A stretch of DNA of 64,000 nucleotides from an uncultured Rhizobiaceae bacterium (GCA_964249395.1 CAXUCL010000001.1:48118-112117), one strand, 5' to 3'. Counted from the stretch's first letter, positions 53,839 through 63,998 are shown. The notes: generated by a model not told the origin, from the letters alone. A program made the numbers and translations.

Positions 53839-54711
53839 ATGCGGCAGCCCATCCTTCTCGGTGTCGACGGTGGCGGAACGCGCTGCCGGGTGCGCGCGAC
53901 CTATGCCGACGGAACGCCGATCGGCGCGGCGGAGGGAACCACCGCCAACATCTTCACTGCGCCGGAAACCGCGCTCGCCAACATCTTGAACCTGTCCGAA
54001 CGGGCGTTCGCGCAGGGCGGCTTGTCGCGAGCCGACTTCGGACGTTGCCATGCCGGCCTCGGCTTGGCCGGCGTGAACGTCGCGAGCGTCGCCGAGACGT
54101 TCCGCGAGCGGGTGCTGCCCTTCGCAGCCTCGGCACTCGAGAGCGATGCCGTGATCGCCTGTCGCGGCGCATTCCCGGCCGGTCATGGCGGCATCGGCAT
54201 CGTCGGCACGGGCACGGCCTACGTCGCGCAGGGAGCGAGCGGTTTCACGCTCTTCGGTGGCTGGGGAATGCTGGTGTCGGATCACGGCGGCGGTGCCGAC
54301 CTCGGGCGCCGCGCGCTGGCGGCCGCGCTGCTCGCGCTGGACGGGATCGGCCCTTCGAGTCCGCTGACGGACGCGATCCTCGACCGCTTCGACCATTCGG
54401 CCGGGCGCATGGTCGAGTTCGCGGGCCAAGCCAAGCCGGTCGAGTTCGGCGGCTTTGCGCCGATCGTCGCGGATGCAGCGGACGCCGGCGACCGCGTCGG
54501 TCTCGCGCTCATGGAGGAGGGACGTCTCCTCATCGAAGCCGCGCTCCGCCGCCTCGTCACGCTCGGCGCCGAGCGCATCGTGCTCTTCGGCGGACTCTCG
54601 ACGCGCTACGTGCCGCGGCTTTCGGCCGGCCTTCGCCAGCGTCTCGCCGAGCCTGCCGGCGACGCGCTCGACGGGGCGCTCGCCCTCGCGCAGACGACGC
54701 TCGCTTTCTAA
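53839..54711 (+). CDS. BadF/BadG/BcrA/BcrD family sugar kinase (N-acetylglucosamine kinase-like)
   Basis: LGVDGGGT.CR, GLAG, SDA.IAC.GA, GTGT, GGWG..VSD.GGGA.LG, GDALDGAL. Confidence 0.88.
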   Translation: MRQPILLGVDGGGTRCRVRATYADGTPIGAAEGTTANIFTAPETALANILNLSERAFAQGGLSRADFGRCHAGLGLAGVNVASVAETFRERVLPFAASALESDAVIACRGAFPAGHGGIGIVGTGTAYVAQGASGFTLFGGWGMLVSDHGGGADLGRRALAAALLALDGIGPSSPLTDAILDRFDHSAGRMVEFAGQAKPVEFGGFAPIVADAADAGDRVGLALMEEGRLLIEAALRRLVTLGAERIVLFGGLSTRYVPRLSAGLRQRLAEPAGDALDGALALAQTTLAF

Positions 54712-54828
54712 CGAGCAGCAGCGCGAGGGTGGCGACGACCATGGACGAGAAGCTTTTAGAACGTGTGCGTCTCGATCAGCGAAAGAAGCATTGCGGCTGG
54801 AATGTTTCCTAAGCCGGGTTGCCGACGC

Positions 54829-54857
54829 AAAAAAAGGCCTGTCCGAAGACAGGCCTT
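54829..54857 (-). terminator. Intrinsic terminator of glgX
   Basis: Minus strand AAGGCCTGTC-TTCG-GACAGGCCTT followed by a T-run; C(UUCG)G tetraloop. Confidence 0.85.
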
Positions 54858-54887
54858 CTGATTGGTCAGCGACGCTAGCAGCCGTCG

Positions 54888-57155
54888 TCAGCGTTCGTTC
54901 CAGAAATGCACCTGGTTGGCGGCCGCCTTGGCGAAACCACGCGACACGTGCGCGAAGGAGCGCTGGGCGACGGCGTTCTCATCGTCGTCGACCGGCTCGA
55001 GTAGAAAGAGCAGGAACGACCGGCCGGTCGCCATGTATTCCGTCTCGAACTCGAACGGGACGAGTTCGGACCGATCCGGTAGGTTCGTGTCGATGACGCA
55101 GTGCCATCGCTCGCCACCGCGGGCCTTCGGCAGCTTGAAGTTCACGACGTCCCAATGCGCGTTCATGACGATGAGCATGGTGGCGTCGTTGCCCGGCTGC
55201 CGAATGCCGCTTGATTGCGCGCGGCCGTCGATCACCATGCCGAAGCACCGCGCGCCGGCGTCCGCCCAGTTGTCCTGGTCGAACTCGCTGCCGTCCGGCG
55301 AGATCCAACTCACGTCCTTGACGCCATATTCCTGGTCGAAGGCGCCGGTCAGGAACTTGCCGCGCCGCAGCATTGGCAGCGCCTGCCGGAGCATGATCAG
55401 CTTCTGCACGAACTCGGCGAGATCGCGGCTTTCCTGCGTGACGTGCCAGTCGACCCAGCCGATCTCGTTGTCCTGCGCGTAGGCGTTGTTGTTTCCGCCC
55501 TGCGTGCGGGCGAACTCGTCGCCGGCCAGGATCATCGGCGTGCCACGCGAGAACAGAAGCGTCGCGAAGAAGTTGCGGAGCTGCCGATAGCGCGTCTCGG
55601 TGATCTCCTCGTCGTCCGTCGGCCCTTCGACGCCGTGGTTGTTCGACAGGTTGTGCGAATGGCCGTCGCGATTGTCCTCGCCGTTCGCCTCGTTGTGCTT
55701 GTCGTTGTAGCAGACGAGGTCGTGCAGCGTGAAACCGTCATGAGCGGTGATGAAGTTGACGCTCGCCCACGGCTTGCGGCCGCGCTGGTTGAAGATGCCG
55801 GCCGAGGCCGTGATCTTGTCGGCGACAGCCGGCACCTTGCCCTCGTCGCCGCGCCAGAACGAGCGGACCGTGTCGCGGTAGCCGTCGTTCCACTCCGCCC
55901 AGCCCGGCGGGAAGCGGCCCACCTGATAACCGCCTGGACCGCAGTCCCACGGCTCCGCGATCAGCTTGACCGAAGCGAGCAACGGGTCCTGCATGCAGGC
56001 GTAGAGGAAGCTCGACCCCTCGTCGAAGCCGTTCGGCTCGCGCGCCAGGATCGTCGCGAGATCGAAGCGGAAGCCGTCGACCCGGCACTCGCCGGCCCAG
56101 TAGCGCAACGAGTCCGTCACCAACTGCATCACGCGCGGGTGGCTCGTGTTGACCGTGTTACCAGTGCCGGTGTCGTTGATGTAGTAGCGTTTCTGGTCCG
56201 ACAACAGCCGGTAGTAGGTCGAGTTGTCGATGCCCTTGAAGGAGATCGTCGGGCCAAGCTCGTTGCCCTCCGCCGTGTGGTTGTAGACGACGTCGAGGAT
56301 GACTTCGAGGCCGTGATGGTGGAACTGCGACACCATCTCCTTGAACTCTCCGATGAACGGCGTCGCGCAGTAGCGCGGCTCCGGCGCGAAGAAACCGATG
56401 GAGTTGTAGCCCCAATAGTTCCGCAAGCCCTTCTCGACGAGGTAGCTGTCGTCGACAAAGGAGTGGATCGGCAGCAGCTCGACGGCCGTGATGCCGAGGC
56501 TCTTGACGTAGCCGATGACGTCCCGGTTCATCATGCCGAGGAAAGTGCCGCGATGCTCGTCCGAAACGGACGGGTGGCGCTCGGTGAAGCCTTTGACGTG
56601 CGTCTCGTAGAAGATCGTGCGCTCCCACGGCACGTTCGGGCGCTGCTCGTCGCCCCAGGTGAAGGCCGGATCGACGACCCGGCACTTCGGTACGAAGGCG
56701 GCGCTGTCCCGCTCGTCGAACGACAAATCCGCGTCGTCGTGGCCGATCGTATAGCCGAACAGCGCATGGTCCCAGATGACCTCGCCGACGTGCTGCTTGG
56801 CATAGGGGTCCAGCAGCAGCTTGTTGTGGTTGAAGCGGTGGCCGGCCTCGGGCTCGTAGGGACCATGCACCCGATAGCCGTAGGTCAGGCCGGGGCGGGC
56901 CTCCGGCAGATAGCCGTGATAGATTTCATTCGTGTATTCCGGCAGCACGATCCGCTCGATCTCCTTCGTGCCCTCCTGGTCGAAGATGCAGAGCTCGACC
57001 TTCGTCGCATGGGCGGAAAAGATCGCGAAGTTGACGCCGAGACCGTCCCAGGTGGCGCCGAGCGGGAACGGCTTGCCGCCCTCGATGCGCGACCGCCTGA
57101 CCGCGGGTTTCTTGGCGAACGGCTTCATCTTGACGGAAGGCACTTGGATGTTCAC
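54888..57155 (-). CDS. glgX: Glycogen debranching enzyme
   Basis: G.PFPLGATWDG.GVNF, NYWGYN, DVVYNHTAEG, DGFRFDLA, LIAEPWD, NFITAHDGFTL.D. Start is GTG 57155 (GGAG upstream) or ATG 57128. Confidence 0.96.
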   Translation of the reverse strand: MNIQVPSVKMKPFAKKPAVRRSRIEGGKPFPLGATWDGLGVNFAIFSAHATKVELCIFDQEGTKEIERIVLPEYTNEIYHGYLPEARPGLTYGYRVHGPYEPEAGHRFNHNKLLLDPYAKQHVGEVIWDHALFGYTIGHDDADLSFDERDSAAFVPKCRVVDPAFTWGDEQRPNVPWERTIFYETHVKGFTERHPSVSDEHRGTFLGMMNRDVIGYVKSLGITAVELLPIHSFVDDSYLVEKGLRNYWGYNSIGFFAPEPRYCATPFIGEFKEMVSQFHHHGLEVILDVVYNHTAEGNELGPTISFKGIDNSTYYRLLSDQKRYYINDTGTGNTVNTSHPRVMQLVTDSLRYWAGECRVDGFRFDLATILAREPNGFDEGSSFLYACMQDPLLASVKLIAEPWDCGPGGYQVGRFPPGWAEWNDGYRDTVRSFWRGDEGKVPAVADKITASAGIFNQRGRKPWASVNFITAHDGFTLHDLVCYNDKHNEANGEDNRDGHSHNLSNNHGVEGPTDDEEITETRYRQLRNFFATLLFSRGTPMILAGDEFARTQGGNNNAYAQDNEIGWVDWHVTQESRDLAEFVQKLIMLRQALPMLRRGKFLTGAFDQEYGVKDVSWISPDGSEFDQDNWADAGARCFGMVIDGRAQSSGIRQPGNDATMLIVMNAHWDVVNFKLPKARGGERWHCVIDTNLPDRSELVPFEFETEYMATGRSFLLFLLEPVDDDENAVAQRSFAHVSRGFAKAAANQVHFWNER

Positions 57156-57190
57156 GGGGACGGTACTCCGGTCGTCGGGCGCGGTGCGAT

Positions 57191-57216
57191 AAGAGGCTGG
57201 AGGCTGCGATCGTTCC
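57191..57216 (-). promoter_or_regulatory. EcfG/RpoE2-like promoter of glgX
   Basis: Minus strand GGAAC-N16-CTCTT (GGAAC-N19-TT), about 35 bp before the GTG start. Confidence 0.4.
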
Positions 57217-57279
57217 CTCGGGCGAGCCTGCCCTTCCGGACCAAGTGGCGCAGTCGTCGGTTGGCCGCGAAACGGTCGC

Positions 57280-57708
57280 TCAGCGAAGAGCGAGAAATCG
57301 CTGGAAGGCGGCCAGGGTCTCCTCGCCGACGTGATGTTCGATGCCTTCGGCGTCCATCTCCGCCGCGTTGGGCGCAACGCCGATCGCCAGAAGGAAGTCG
57401 CGCACGAGCTTGTGGCGGCTGCGCACGTCGGCGGCGACCTTCTTGCCCAGCGGCGTCAGGAAGATCGATCGATAGGGCTGGCATTCGACGAAGCCGTCGC
57501 GCGCCAGCCGTTGGATCGTCCGCGCGACGGTGCCGGGCGAGACGCCGAATCGATCCGCAAGATCGGCCGCGCGCGCTTCCCCGTTCGCGGCGATGAGGTC
57601 GTCGATCATCTCGACGTAGTCTTCCGCCAGTTCCGATTGGTTGGCCTGGCGAACCCGCGCGAAGCGCGCGGCGTCGCTGGCCGCGCGTTCGGTATCGTCG
57701 TCTTGCAT
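57280..57708 (-). CDS. mntR: DtxR-family manganese regulator MntR
   Basis: [12 protein letters not shown]...[37 protein letters not shown]; no FeoA domain. Confidence 0.93.
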   Translation of the reverse strand: MQDDDTERAASDAARFARVRQANQSELAEDYVEMIDDLIAANGEARAADLADRFGVSPGTVARTIQRLARDGFVECQPYRSIFLTPLGKKVAADVRSRHKLVRDFLLAIGVAPNAAEMDAEGIEHHVGEETLAAFQRFLALR

Positions 57709-57762
57709 GCGCCTGTCCCACAAGGATCCGGCCGATCATACCGACATGCCGCACCGGCTGCA

Positions 57763-57784
57763 AAGTTTGCCATTGGACAAACTT
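57763..57784. promoter_or_regulatory. Putative MntR operator
   Basis: Palindrome AAGTTTG-CCATTGGA-CAAACTT between divergent mntR and mntH. Confidence 0.6.
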
Positions 57785-57830
57785 GATGGCGCGGGCCATT
57801 CTCTTTGGCCGAAGCCCAAAGGAAAACGCG

Positions 57831-59180
57831 ATGACGGCGGAAACTCACCTCGACTCTTCGCTCGATGCCGGCTGGCGCCGGAAGCGCGGCGAAGGCTCGT
57901 TGCTCGACGTGCATCGGACGGTCGGCGTGCCGCGCGGTGCGCCGTCCTTGCGCAAGGCCGCCGCGTTCCTCGGTCCCGGCTATCTCGTCGCGGTCGGCTA
58001 CATGGACCCGGGCAACTGGGCCACGTCGATCGCCGGCGGCTCGACCTTCGGCTACACGCTGCTCGTGGTCGCGCTGGTGTCCAACATCATGGCGATCATC
58101 CTGCAGTCGCTCTGCGCCCGGCTGGCGATCGCCTCCGGCCGCGACTTGGCGCAGGCCTGTCGCGATGCCTATCCGACCGCGGTCTCGGTGCCGCTTTGGT
58201 TCCTGGCCGAGATCGCCATCATCGCCACCGACATCGCGGAAGTCATCGGCACGGCGATCGGCCTCAACCTCATCTTCGGCCTGCCGCTCGAGATCGGCGT
58301 GGTGATCACCGCGCTCGACGTGTTCCTGATCCTGTTCCTGCAGAAGCTGGGCTTTCGCTACGTCGAGGCCTTCGTCATCACGCTTCTCGGCGTGATCGCC
58401 GTCTGCTTCGCGCTGCAGATCGCGATGGTGGACCCGGACTGGGCGGCGGTGATCCGCGGCTTTGCGCCGACCACCGGGATCGTGTCGAACCCGCAGATGC
58501 TCTACCTCGCGCTCGGCATCCTCGGCGCGACGGTGATGCCGCACAACCTCTACCTTCATTCCGGCATCGTGCAGACGCGCGCCTACGGCAGGACGCTGCC
58601 GGAGAAACGGCAGGCTCTGCGCTACGCGACCTGGGACTCGACGATCGCGCTCTGCTTCGCGTTGCTGGTCAATGCCTCGATCCTGATCCTCGCGGCGGCC
58701 GCGTTCCATACGACGGGCCGGACGGGGATCGCCGAGCTCGGGGAGGCGCACAGCCTGCTCGCGCCGATCCTCGGCGCCGCGATCGCACCGACGTTGTTCG
58801 GCATCGCACTGCTGTGTTGCGGACTGAACTCCACGGTGACGGCGACGCTTGCGGGCCAGATCGTGATGGAAGGTTTTCTTGAGATTCAAATCGCGCCCTG
58901 GCTTCGTCGGCTCGTCACGCGGTTGATCGCCATCGTGCCGGCGGCGGGCGTCACCATCTGGTATGGCGATGCGGGAACGGCGGAGCTGCTGGTGCTGACG
59001 CAGGTGGTCCTCAGCCTCCAACTGTCCTTCGCGGTGTTTCCGCTGGTGATCTTCACCGCGAGCCGCGCGAAGATGGGCGATCTCGTCGCGCCGCGCTGGC
59101 TCTCGGCCGCGGCCTTCTTCGTCGCTGCGGTGATCGCCGGCCTCAACCTCAAGCTTCTCACCGACTTCGCCTTCGGCTGA
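57831..59180 (+). CDS. mntH: Nramp-family Mn2+/divalent metal transporter
   Basis: [44 protein letters not shown]. Confidence 0.96.
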   Translation: MTAETHLDSSLDAGWRRKRGEGSLLDVHRTVGVPRGAPSLRKAAAFLGPGYLVAVGYMDPGNWATSIAGGSTFGYTLLVVALVSNIMAIILQSLCARLAIASGRDLAQACRDAYPTAVSVPLWFLAEIAIIATDIAEVIGTAIGLNLIFGLPLEIGVVITALDVFLILFLQKLGFRYVEAFVITLLGVIAVCFALQIAMVDPDWAAVIRGFAPTTGIVSNPQMLYLALGILGATVMPHNLYLHSGIVQTRAYGRTLPEKRQALRYATWDSTIALCFALLVNASILILAAAAFHTTGRTGIAELGEAHSLLAPILGAAIAPTLFGIALLCCGLNSTVTATLAGQIVMEGFLEIQIAPWLRRLVTRLIAIVPAAGVTIWYGDAGTAELLVLTQVVLSLQLSFAVFPLVIFTASRAKMGDLVAPRWLSAAAFFVAAVIAGLNLKLLTDFAFG

Positions 59181-59194
59181 GGACGAACAGGACG

Positions 59195-60700
59195 TCAGTC
59201 CTCCTCAACGAAGACCTTGTCGCGCTTGCGGCGGATGGCGGGGAGGGCGGCGGCGACGACGCAAACGAGGCCGAGCGCCAGCAGCGTCGCCGAGATCGGC
59301 CGCTCGAAGAACACGAACGCGTTGCCGCGCGATATGATCATCGCGCGGCGCAGGTGGTCTTCCAGCAGCGGCCCGAGCACGAAGCCGAGCAGCAGCGGCG
59401 CCGGCTCGCACCCCAAGCGGATCAAGACGTAGCCGAGCACGCCGAACACGCCGATCGCGTAGACGTCGAAGGGGTTGTTGTTGATCGAATAGCAGCCGAT
59501 CGAGGCGAACACGACGATGGCCGGGAACAGGACGCGGTAGGGGATGGTCAGCATCCGCACCCATAGCCCGATCAGCGGCAGGTTGAGGATCACCAGCATG
59601 ACGTTGCCGATCCACATCGAGGCGATGATGCCCCAGAACAGCGCCGGCTGGGACTGGATAACGTTCGGTCCGGGCGTGATGCCCTGCAGGATGAAGGCGC
59701 CGAGGATCAGGGCCATGACCGGATGCGCCGGGATGCCGAGCGTCAGAAGCGGGATGAACGAGGTCTGCGCCGCGGCGTTGTTGGCGGATTCCGGTCCGGC
59801 CACGCCCTGGATGGCGCCGTGTCCGAACTCGGCCTTGTTGTCGGCGACGTTCTTTTCCAGCGAATAGGAGGCGAAGGACGACAGGACGTGCCCGCCGCCT
59901 GGCAGGATGCCGAGGATGGAACCGAGCGCCGTGCCGCGCAGCACGGGTGCCGCGATGCGGCGAAGGTCTTCCTTCGACAGCCAGAGGCCGGTGACGCGCT
60001 TCACCATCACGTCGCGCGTCGACTCGTTCTCGAGGTTCCGGAAGATCTCGGCGACGCCGAACACGCCGACGGCGATCGAGACGAAGTTGATGCCCTGATA
60101 GAGTTCGAGGAAGCCGAACGTGAAGCGCGGCGTGCCGGTGTAGGTGTCCTGCCCGATCGTGCCGAGCAGCAGGCCGAGGGCGATCATCGCCAGCGCCTTC
60201 ACGACGGACCCGTGGGCAAGCGAGATCGACACGAGGAGACCAAGCACGATCAGCGCGAAATATTCGGGCGAGCCGAAGTTCAGCGCGACGCGCGCCAACG
60301 GCGGGGCGGCGAAGGCGAGAAGCAGCGTCGCGACGCAGCCGGCGAAGAACGAGCCGAGCGCCGCGGTGGCGAGCGCTTGGCCGGCGCGGCCGTTCTTCGC
60401 CATCTGGTAACCGTCGACCGCGGTCACGGCCGAGGACGATTCACCCGGCAGGTTGATCAGGATCGCGGTGGTCGAGCCACCGTACTGCGCGCCGTAATAG
60501 ATGCCGGACAGCATGATCAGCGCAGTCACCGGCGCGAAGGTGAAGGTGATCGGCAGCAGCATGGCGATCGTCGCCGTCGGGCCGATCCCGGGCAAAACCC
60601 CGACCAGCGTCCCGAGCAGGACGCCGATGAAGCACCAGAAGAGGTTGGTGGCCGTGAAGGCGGTTTCGAAGCCGAGGGCGAGATTGGCGAAGATGTCCAA
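59195..60700 (-). CDS. tctA: Tripartite tricarboxylate transporter large permease
   Basis: GTLVGVLPG.G, YYGAQYGGS..AIL.N.PG, GVAGPESANNA, PLLTLGIP. Confidence 0.94.
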   Translation of the reverse strand: MDIFANLALGFETAFTATNLFWCFIGVLLGTLVGVLPGIGPTATIAMLLPITFTFAPVTALIMLSGIYYGAQYGGSTTAILINLPGESSSAVTAVDGYQMAKNGRAGQALATAALGSFFAGCVATLLLAFAAPPLARVALNFGSPEYFALIVLGLLVSISLAHGSVVKALAMIALGLLLGTIGQDTYTGTPRFTFGFLELYQGINFVSIAVGVFGVAEIFRNLENESTRDVMVKRVTGLWLSKEDLRRIAAPVLRGTALGSILGILPGGGHVLSSFASYSLEKNVADNKAEFGHGAIQGVAGPESANNAAAQTSFIPLLTLGIPAHPVMALILGAFILQGITPGPNVIQSQPALFWGIIASMWIGNVMLVILNLPLIGLWVRMLTIPYRVLFPAIVVFASIGCYSINNNPFDVYAIGVFGVLGYVLIRLGCEPAPLLLGFVLGPLLEDHLRRAMIISRGNAFVFFERPISATLLALGLVCVVAAALPAIRRKRDKVFVEED

Positions 60701-60712
60701 CGGCGGCGGCCT

Positions 60713-61186
60713 TCAGAAGGAAAAGACGGGACCGAAGGTCGGCAGCGACACGGACAGCCCGACCCGGAACACCAGCCACGACAGCAAGGTCAGCAGCGCC
60801 GCGATCGCCAGGGCCGACAGGATCGAGTTCTGCGTCGAAGCGATGGCGACGACGACGGAGCAAAGGAACACGACGGGCACGAGGCCGAGCGTCGGGCCGG
60901 TCGCGCCGAACAGGGCGAGCGCGACGAGCACCAAGCCGATGCTCTTCCAGGGCACGCCGCCGATCTCGGACTGGCCCTCCTTCCGCAAGCCGGAAACGAT
61001 CACCAGAACGCCGAGGATAGCCAGGATCGCGGCAAGCGTCAGCGGGATGAAGCCCGGCCCCATGCGCAGGGCACGGCCGAGATCGTAACCTGTTGCGCCC
61101 CAGCCGAAGGCAAGCGCAACGACGATGAAGATCGCGCCCGCCACGACGTCGCGGGTCCGGTTCGTCTGGACGACGGTGTTGCTCAT
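60713..61186 (-). CDS. tctB: Tripartite tricarboxylate transporter small subunit
   Basis: Four TMs; G...RMGPG.IP motif; lies between tctC and tctA. Confidence 0.88.
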   Translation of the reverse strand: MSNTVVQTNRTRDVVAGAIFIVVALAFGWGATGYDLGRALRMGPGFIPLTLAAILAILGVLVIVSGLRKEGQSEIGGVPWKSIGLVLVALALFGATGPTLGLVPVVFLCSVVVAIASTQNSILSALAIAALLTLLSWLVFRVGLSVSLPTFGPVFSF

Positions 61187-61223
61187 CGGAGCCGCTCGCG
61201 AGGCCGGGTGGGGCGCATGCGCA

Positions 61224-61258
61224 GATCGGGCGGCAGCCGAAAGGCCGCCGGCCCGATC
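61224..61258 (-). other. Intercistronic stem-loop after tctC
   Basis: GATCGGGCGGCAGCC-GAAA-GGCCGCCGGCCCGATC imperfect hairpin. Confidence 0.45.
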
Positions 61259-61265
61259 GCCGCGA

Positions 61266-62252
61266 TCAGTTGGCGTACTGACCGGCGGCCTGGATGATCG
61301 GCCGCCAAAGCTCGATCTGCGCCGTCAGTTCGTTGCGCAGGCCATCGGGCGTGACCTCGGCCTCGGGCGAGGGGGCCGTTCCCAGTTCGGCGAAGCGCGC
61401 CCTCACCGTCTCGTCCTTCAAGGCCTTCTTCAGCGACGCTTCGAGCTTCGACACGATCGCCGGATCGAGGCCGGCCGGTCCGTAAAGGCCATGCCAAACG
61501 GCGATGTCGAGCTTCGGCAGGCCGCCCTCCTTGGTGGTCGGGAGGTCCGGCAGCGAGGCGACGCGTTCCGGCGTCGTCACCGCGTAGGCCTTCACTTCGC
61601 CGGCCTTGATCTGGTTCGTCGTGTTGGTGGTCTGGTCGCAGATCATGTCGACCTGCCCACCCATCACGTCGGTCATCGCCGGGGCCGCGCCCTGGTAGGG
61701 CACCGTCACCATCTGGACGCCGACGGCCTCCTGCAGCAGCATGCCGCAAAGGTGCGAGGCGGAACCGATGCCGGCGTTCGCGTAGGTCGTGTCCGCGCCG
61801 TTCTTCTTCAGGTATTCGACCAGCTGGCCGAGGTCGGTTGGCTCGAAGTCCTTGCGCGCGACGATCGTCATCGGCACGGCAGTCACGAGGCCGATCGGCG
61901 AGAAGTCCTTGAGCGGATCGAAGCCGAGCTGACGGTAGAGCGTCGGTGCCGTGGACATGCCGATATGGTGGAGGAGGAGGGTGTAGCCGTCGGCATTCGC
62001 CTTCGCGACCTGGCCGGCACCGAGCGTGCCGCCGGCACCACCGACGTTCTGCACGAGCACCTGCTGACCGAGATCGGCCGACATCGACTGCGCGACCAGA
62101 CGCGTCACCGTGTCGGTCGGGCCGCCGGCCGTGAACGGGACGACGATGGTGATCGGCTGCGTCGGGTAGTCCTGCTGCGCGGCAGCAGGCAGCGTCGCGG
62201 CGACGGTGAGCGCGGCGGCGGCGGCGAGGAGCGTGCGAGTCGGCGTCGGCAT
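61266..62252 (-). CDS. tctC: Tripartite tricarboxylate transporter binding protein (TctC/Bug)
   Basis: Signal peptide; YP.QPIT.VVPF.AGG.TD, NVGGAGG.LG, G.GS.SHL, VPYQG.APA. Confidence 0.92.
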   Translation of the reverse strand: MPTPTRTLLAAAAALTVAATLPAAAQQDYPTQPITIVVPFTAGGPTDTVTRLVAQSMSADLGQQVLVQNVGGAGGTLGAGQVAKANADGYTLLLHHIGMSTAPTLYRQLGFDPLKDFSPIGLVTAVPMTIVARKDFEPTDLGQLVEYLKKNGADTTYANAGIGSASHLCGMLLQEAVGVQMVTVPYQGAAPAMTDVMGGQVDMICDQTTNTTNQIKAGEVKAYAVTTPERVASLPDLPTTKEGGLPKLDIAVWHGLYGPAGLDPAIVSKLEASLKKALKDETVRARFAELGTAPSPEAEVTPDGLRNELTAQIELWRPIIQAAGQYAN

Positions 62253-62417
62253 CAAATGGCTCTCCCAAGGATCGGTGCTGTCCGTCGAGCGTCTCGCCCG
62301 GGGCAAACCCGTGTCACCCCTCCCAGGGTGCGCGAGCCTTCGGCTGCGGAACCGGCTTGCCCATCGAAACGAATGAACCGATCCTGACCGGCAATGCAAG
62401 GGCGGGAAACCAAAACA

Positions 62418-63431
62418 ATGGCGCGATCGACGACCGCACCGTTTTCGATCGATCGCGGCGCCCGATCCTGCAAAGACGCGGAGCGGGAGTCGCTCCTGAC
62501 GCAATGGCAACTGCCACCGACGTCGCGGGTCTCGCCGCTGAACGAAGCGGAGAACACGACGCTGCTCGTCGAGGCACCCGACGATCGGAACCGTTGGGTG
62601 CTCCGTCTCTACCGCTCTGGCGTTCACGACATCGCGGTTATTCGATCCGAGCACGCCTGGATCGAGGCTTTGCGCCGCGACCTCGGCGTCGACACGCCGG
62701 CCGTCGTCGCGTGCCGAGACGGAACGACGATCGCCGCCGTCTCGTACCGTGGCCAGCGGCGGTTCGCGGCCCTTTTCGACTACGCCGACGGGCGCCAACC
62801 GGCGTTCGACGATCACGCCCCCAAAACGTTCGCGTCGCTCGGCGCGCTGACCGCCCGGCTGCATCGGCACGGCCGTGCATGGACGCCGCCGAACGGTTTC
62901 CGTCGCGGCCGCTGGGATGCCGACACCACCATCGGCACGCAGGGTCGATGGGGAAGCTGGCGCGCGGCGCGCGGTCTCGACGCGCCGGGTGCGGCGGTGA
63001 TCGAGCGCGCCGTCGGGCGCATCCGCGAACGGCTGCTCGGCTATGGAGCCGGAACCGATCGGTTCGGCCTCATCCACGCCGACCTGCGCTTGGCGAACCT
63101 TCTCGTCGCCGGGGACCGACTGACCGTCATCGACTTCGACGACTGCGGCTTCGGCTGGTTCCTGTACGACTTCGCCGCGGCCGTGAGCTTCCACGAGCAC
63201 CGTCCCGAAATCGCGGCGCTTCGCGCGGCCTGGCTCGCCGGCTACCGGACGATCGCTCCGATCGGCGCCGAAGACGAACGCATGCTGCCGGTCTTCATCC
63301 TGCTTCGGCGCGTTCTGCTCACCGCCTGGGCGGCCTCGCACGCGGGTGCGCCCGAAGCCGACGCGTGCGGCGTCGAGTTCACGCGAGCGACCGTCGACCT
63401 CGCCGAGCGCTTCCTCCGCGACCTCGATTGA
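62418..63431 (+). CDS. Phosphotransferase (APH / type II homoserine kinase / hydroxylysine kinase superfamily)
   Basis: AENTT, WVLRLYR, SEHAW, FGLIHADLRLANLL (Brenner motif), VIDFDDCG.GW.LYD. Confidence 0.85.
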   Translation: MARSTTAPFSIDRGARSCKDAERESLLTQWQLPPTSRVSPLNEAENTTLLVEAPDDRNRWVLRLYRSGVHDIAVIRSEHAWIEALRRDLGVDTPAVVACRDGTTIAAVSYRGQRRFAALFDYADGRQPAFDDHAPKTFASLGALTARLHRHGRAWTPPNGFRRGRWDADTTIGTQGRWGSWRAARGLDAPGAAVIERAVGRIRERLLGYGAGTDRFGLIHADLRLANLLVAGDRLTVIDFDDCGFGWFLYDFAAAVSFHEHRPEIAALRAAWLAGYRTIAPIGAEDERMLPVFILLRRVLLTAWAASHAGAPEADACGVEFTRATVDLAERFLRDLD

Positions 63432-63434
63432 TCC

Positions 63435-63998
63435 TCACGTCACGAACAGCATCCGGAGCGGCATCCACAGCCCCATGACGACCATCATGACGTTTTCCGT
63501 CAGCGACACGAAGCCGAGCGGTACGCTGCTGGAACCGCCGACGCAGGCGCATTTCAACTCGCGCTTCTCGACGTAAACGGCCTTGAACACCGACACGGCC
63601 CCGATCGTCCCGATGAACAGCGCGATGGGCGCCGATATCCAGGTGAGCGCGCCCGACAGCATGAGAACGCCGGCCAGCGTTTCCGCGAACGGGTAGAGAT
63701 AGGCGTAGCGGACCTCGTGCCTGGCCAGAAGGTCGTAGTTCAGGAACATCGTCGAGAAGCCTTCGACTTCCTGCAGCTTCTGGATGCCGAGCACGCACAT
63801 GGCGATCGCGACGAATCGTTCGATCGTGCGACCGTCTAGAAGCGTTCCCGCCATGGCCCATGTCATGGCGATTGCCATCAGGAACGAGACCGCGAAGATC
63901 GCGAGCACCGGCCGATAGGTGGTGTCACCTTTCTTCAGGACGCGCCGGCCGAAACGCTCGCGCAACGCGTCGTAGCCACCGACTCGGATGCCGTCGAT
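63435..63998 (-). CDS. Glutaredoxin-MauE/DoxX family membrane protein, 5' truncated by the window edge
   Basis: Frame is open to the edge: IDGIRVGGYDAL (glutaredoxin C-terminal motif), then TMs with KL.....F...F..YDLLA, YPF.E and KCACVGG...VPLG..SLTEN. Confidence 0.8.
   Translation of the reverse strand: MDGIRVGGYDALRERFGRRVLKKGDTTYRPVLAIFAVSFLMAIAMTWAMAGTLLDGRTIERFVAIAMCVLGIQKLQEVEGFSTMFLNYDLLARHEVRYAYLYPFAETLAGVLMLSGALTWISAPIALFIGTIGAVSVFKAVYVEKRELKCACVGGSSSVPLGFVSLTENVMMVVMGLWMPLRMLFVT

Noticed and set aside
54741-54812. 23-aa ORF MDEKLLERVRLDQRKKHCGWNVS after the BadF kinase
   Set aside because: Too short, weak RBS and no supporting motif.
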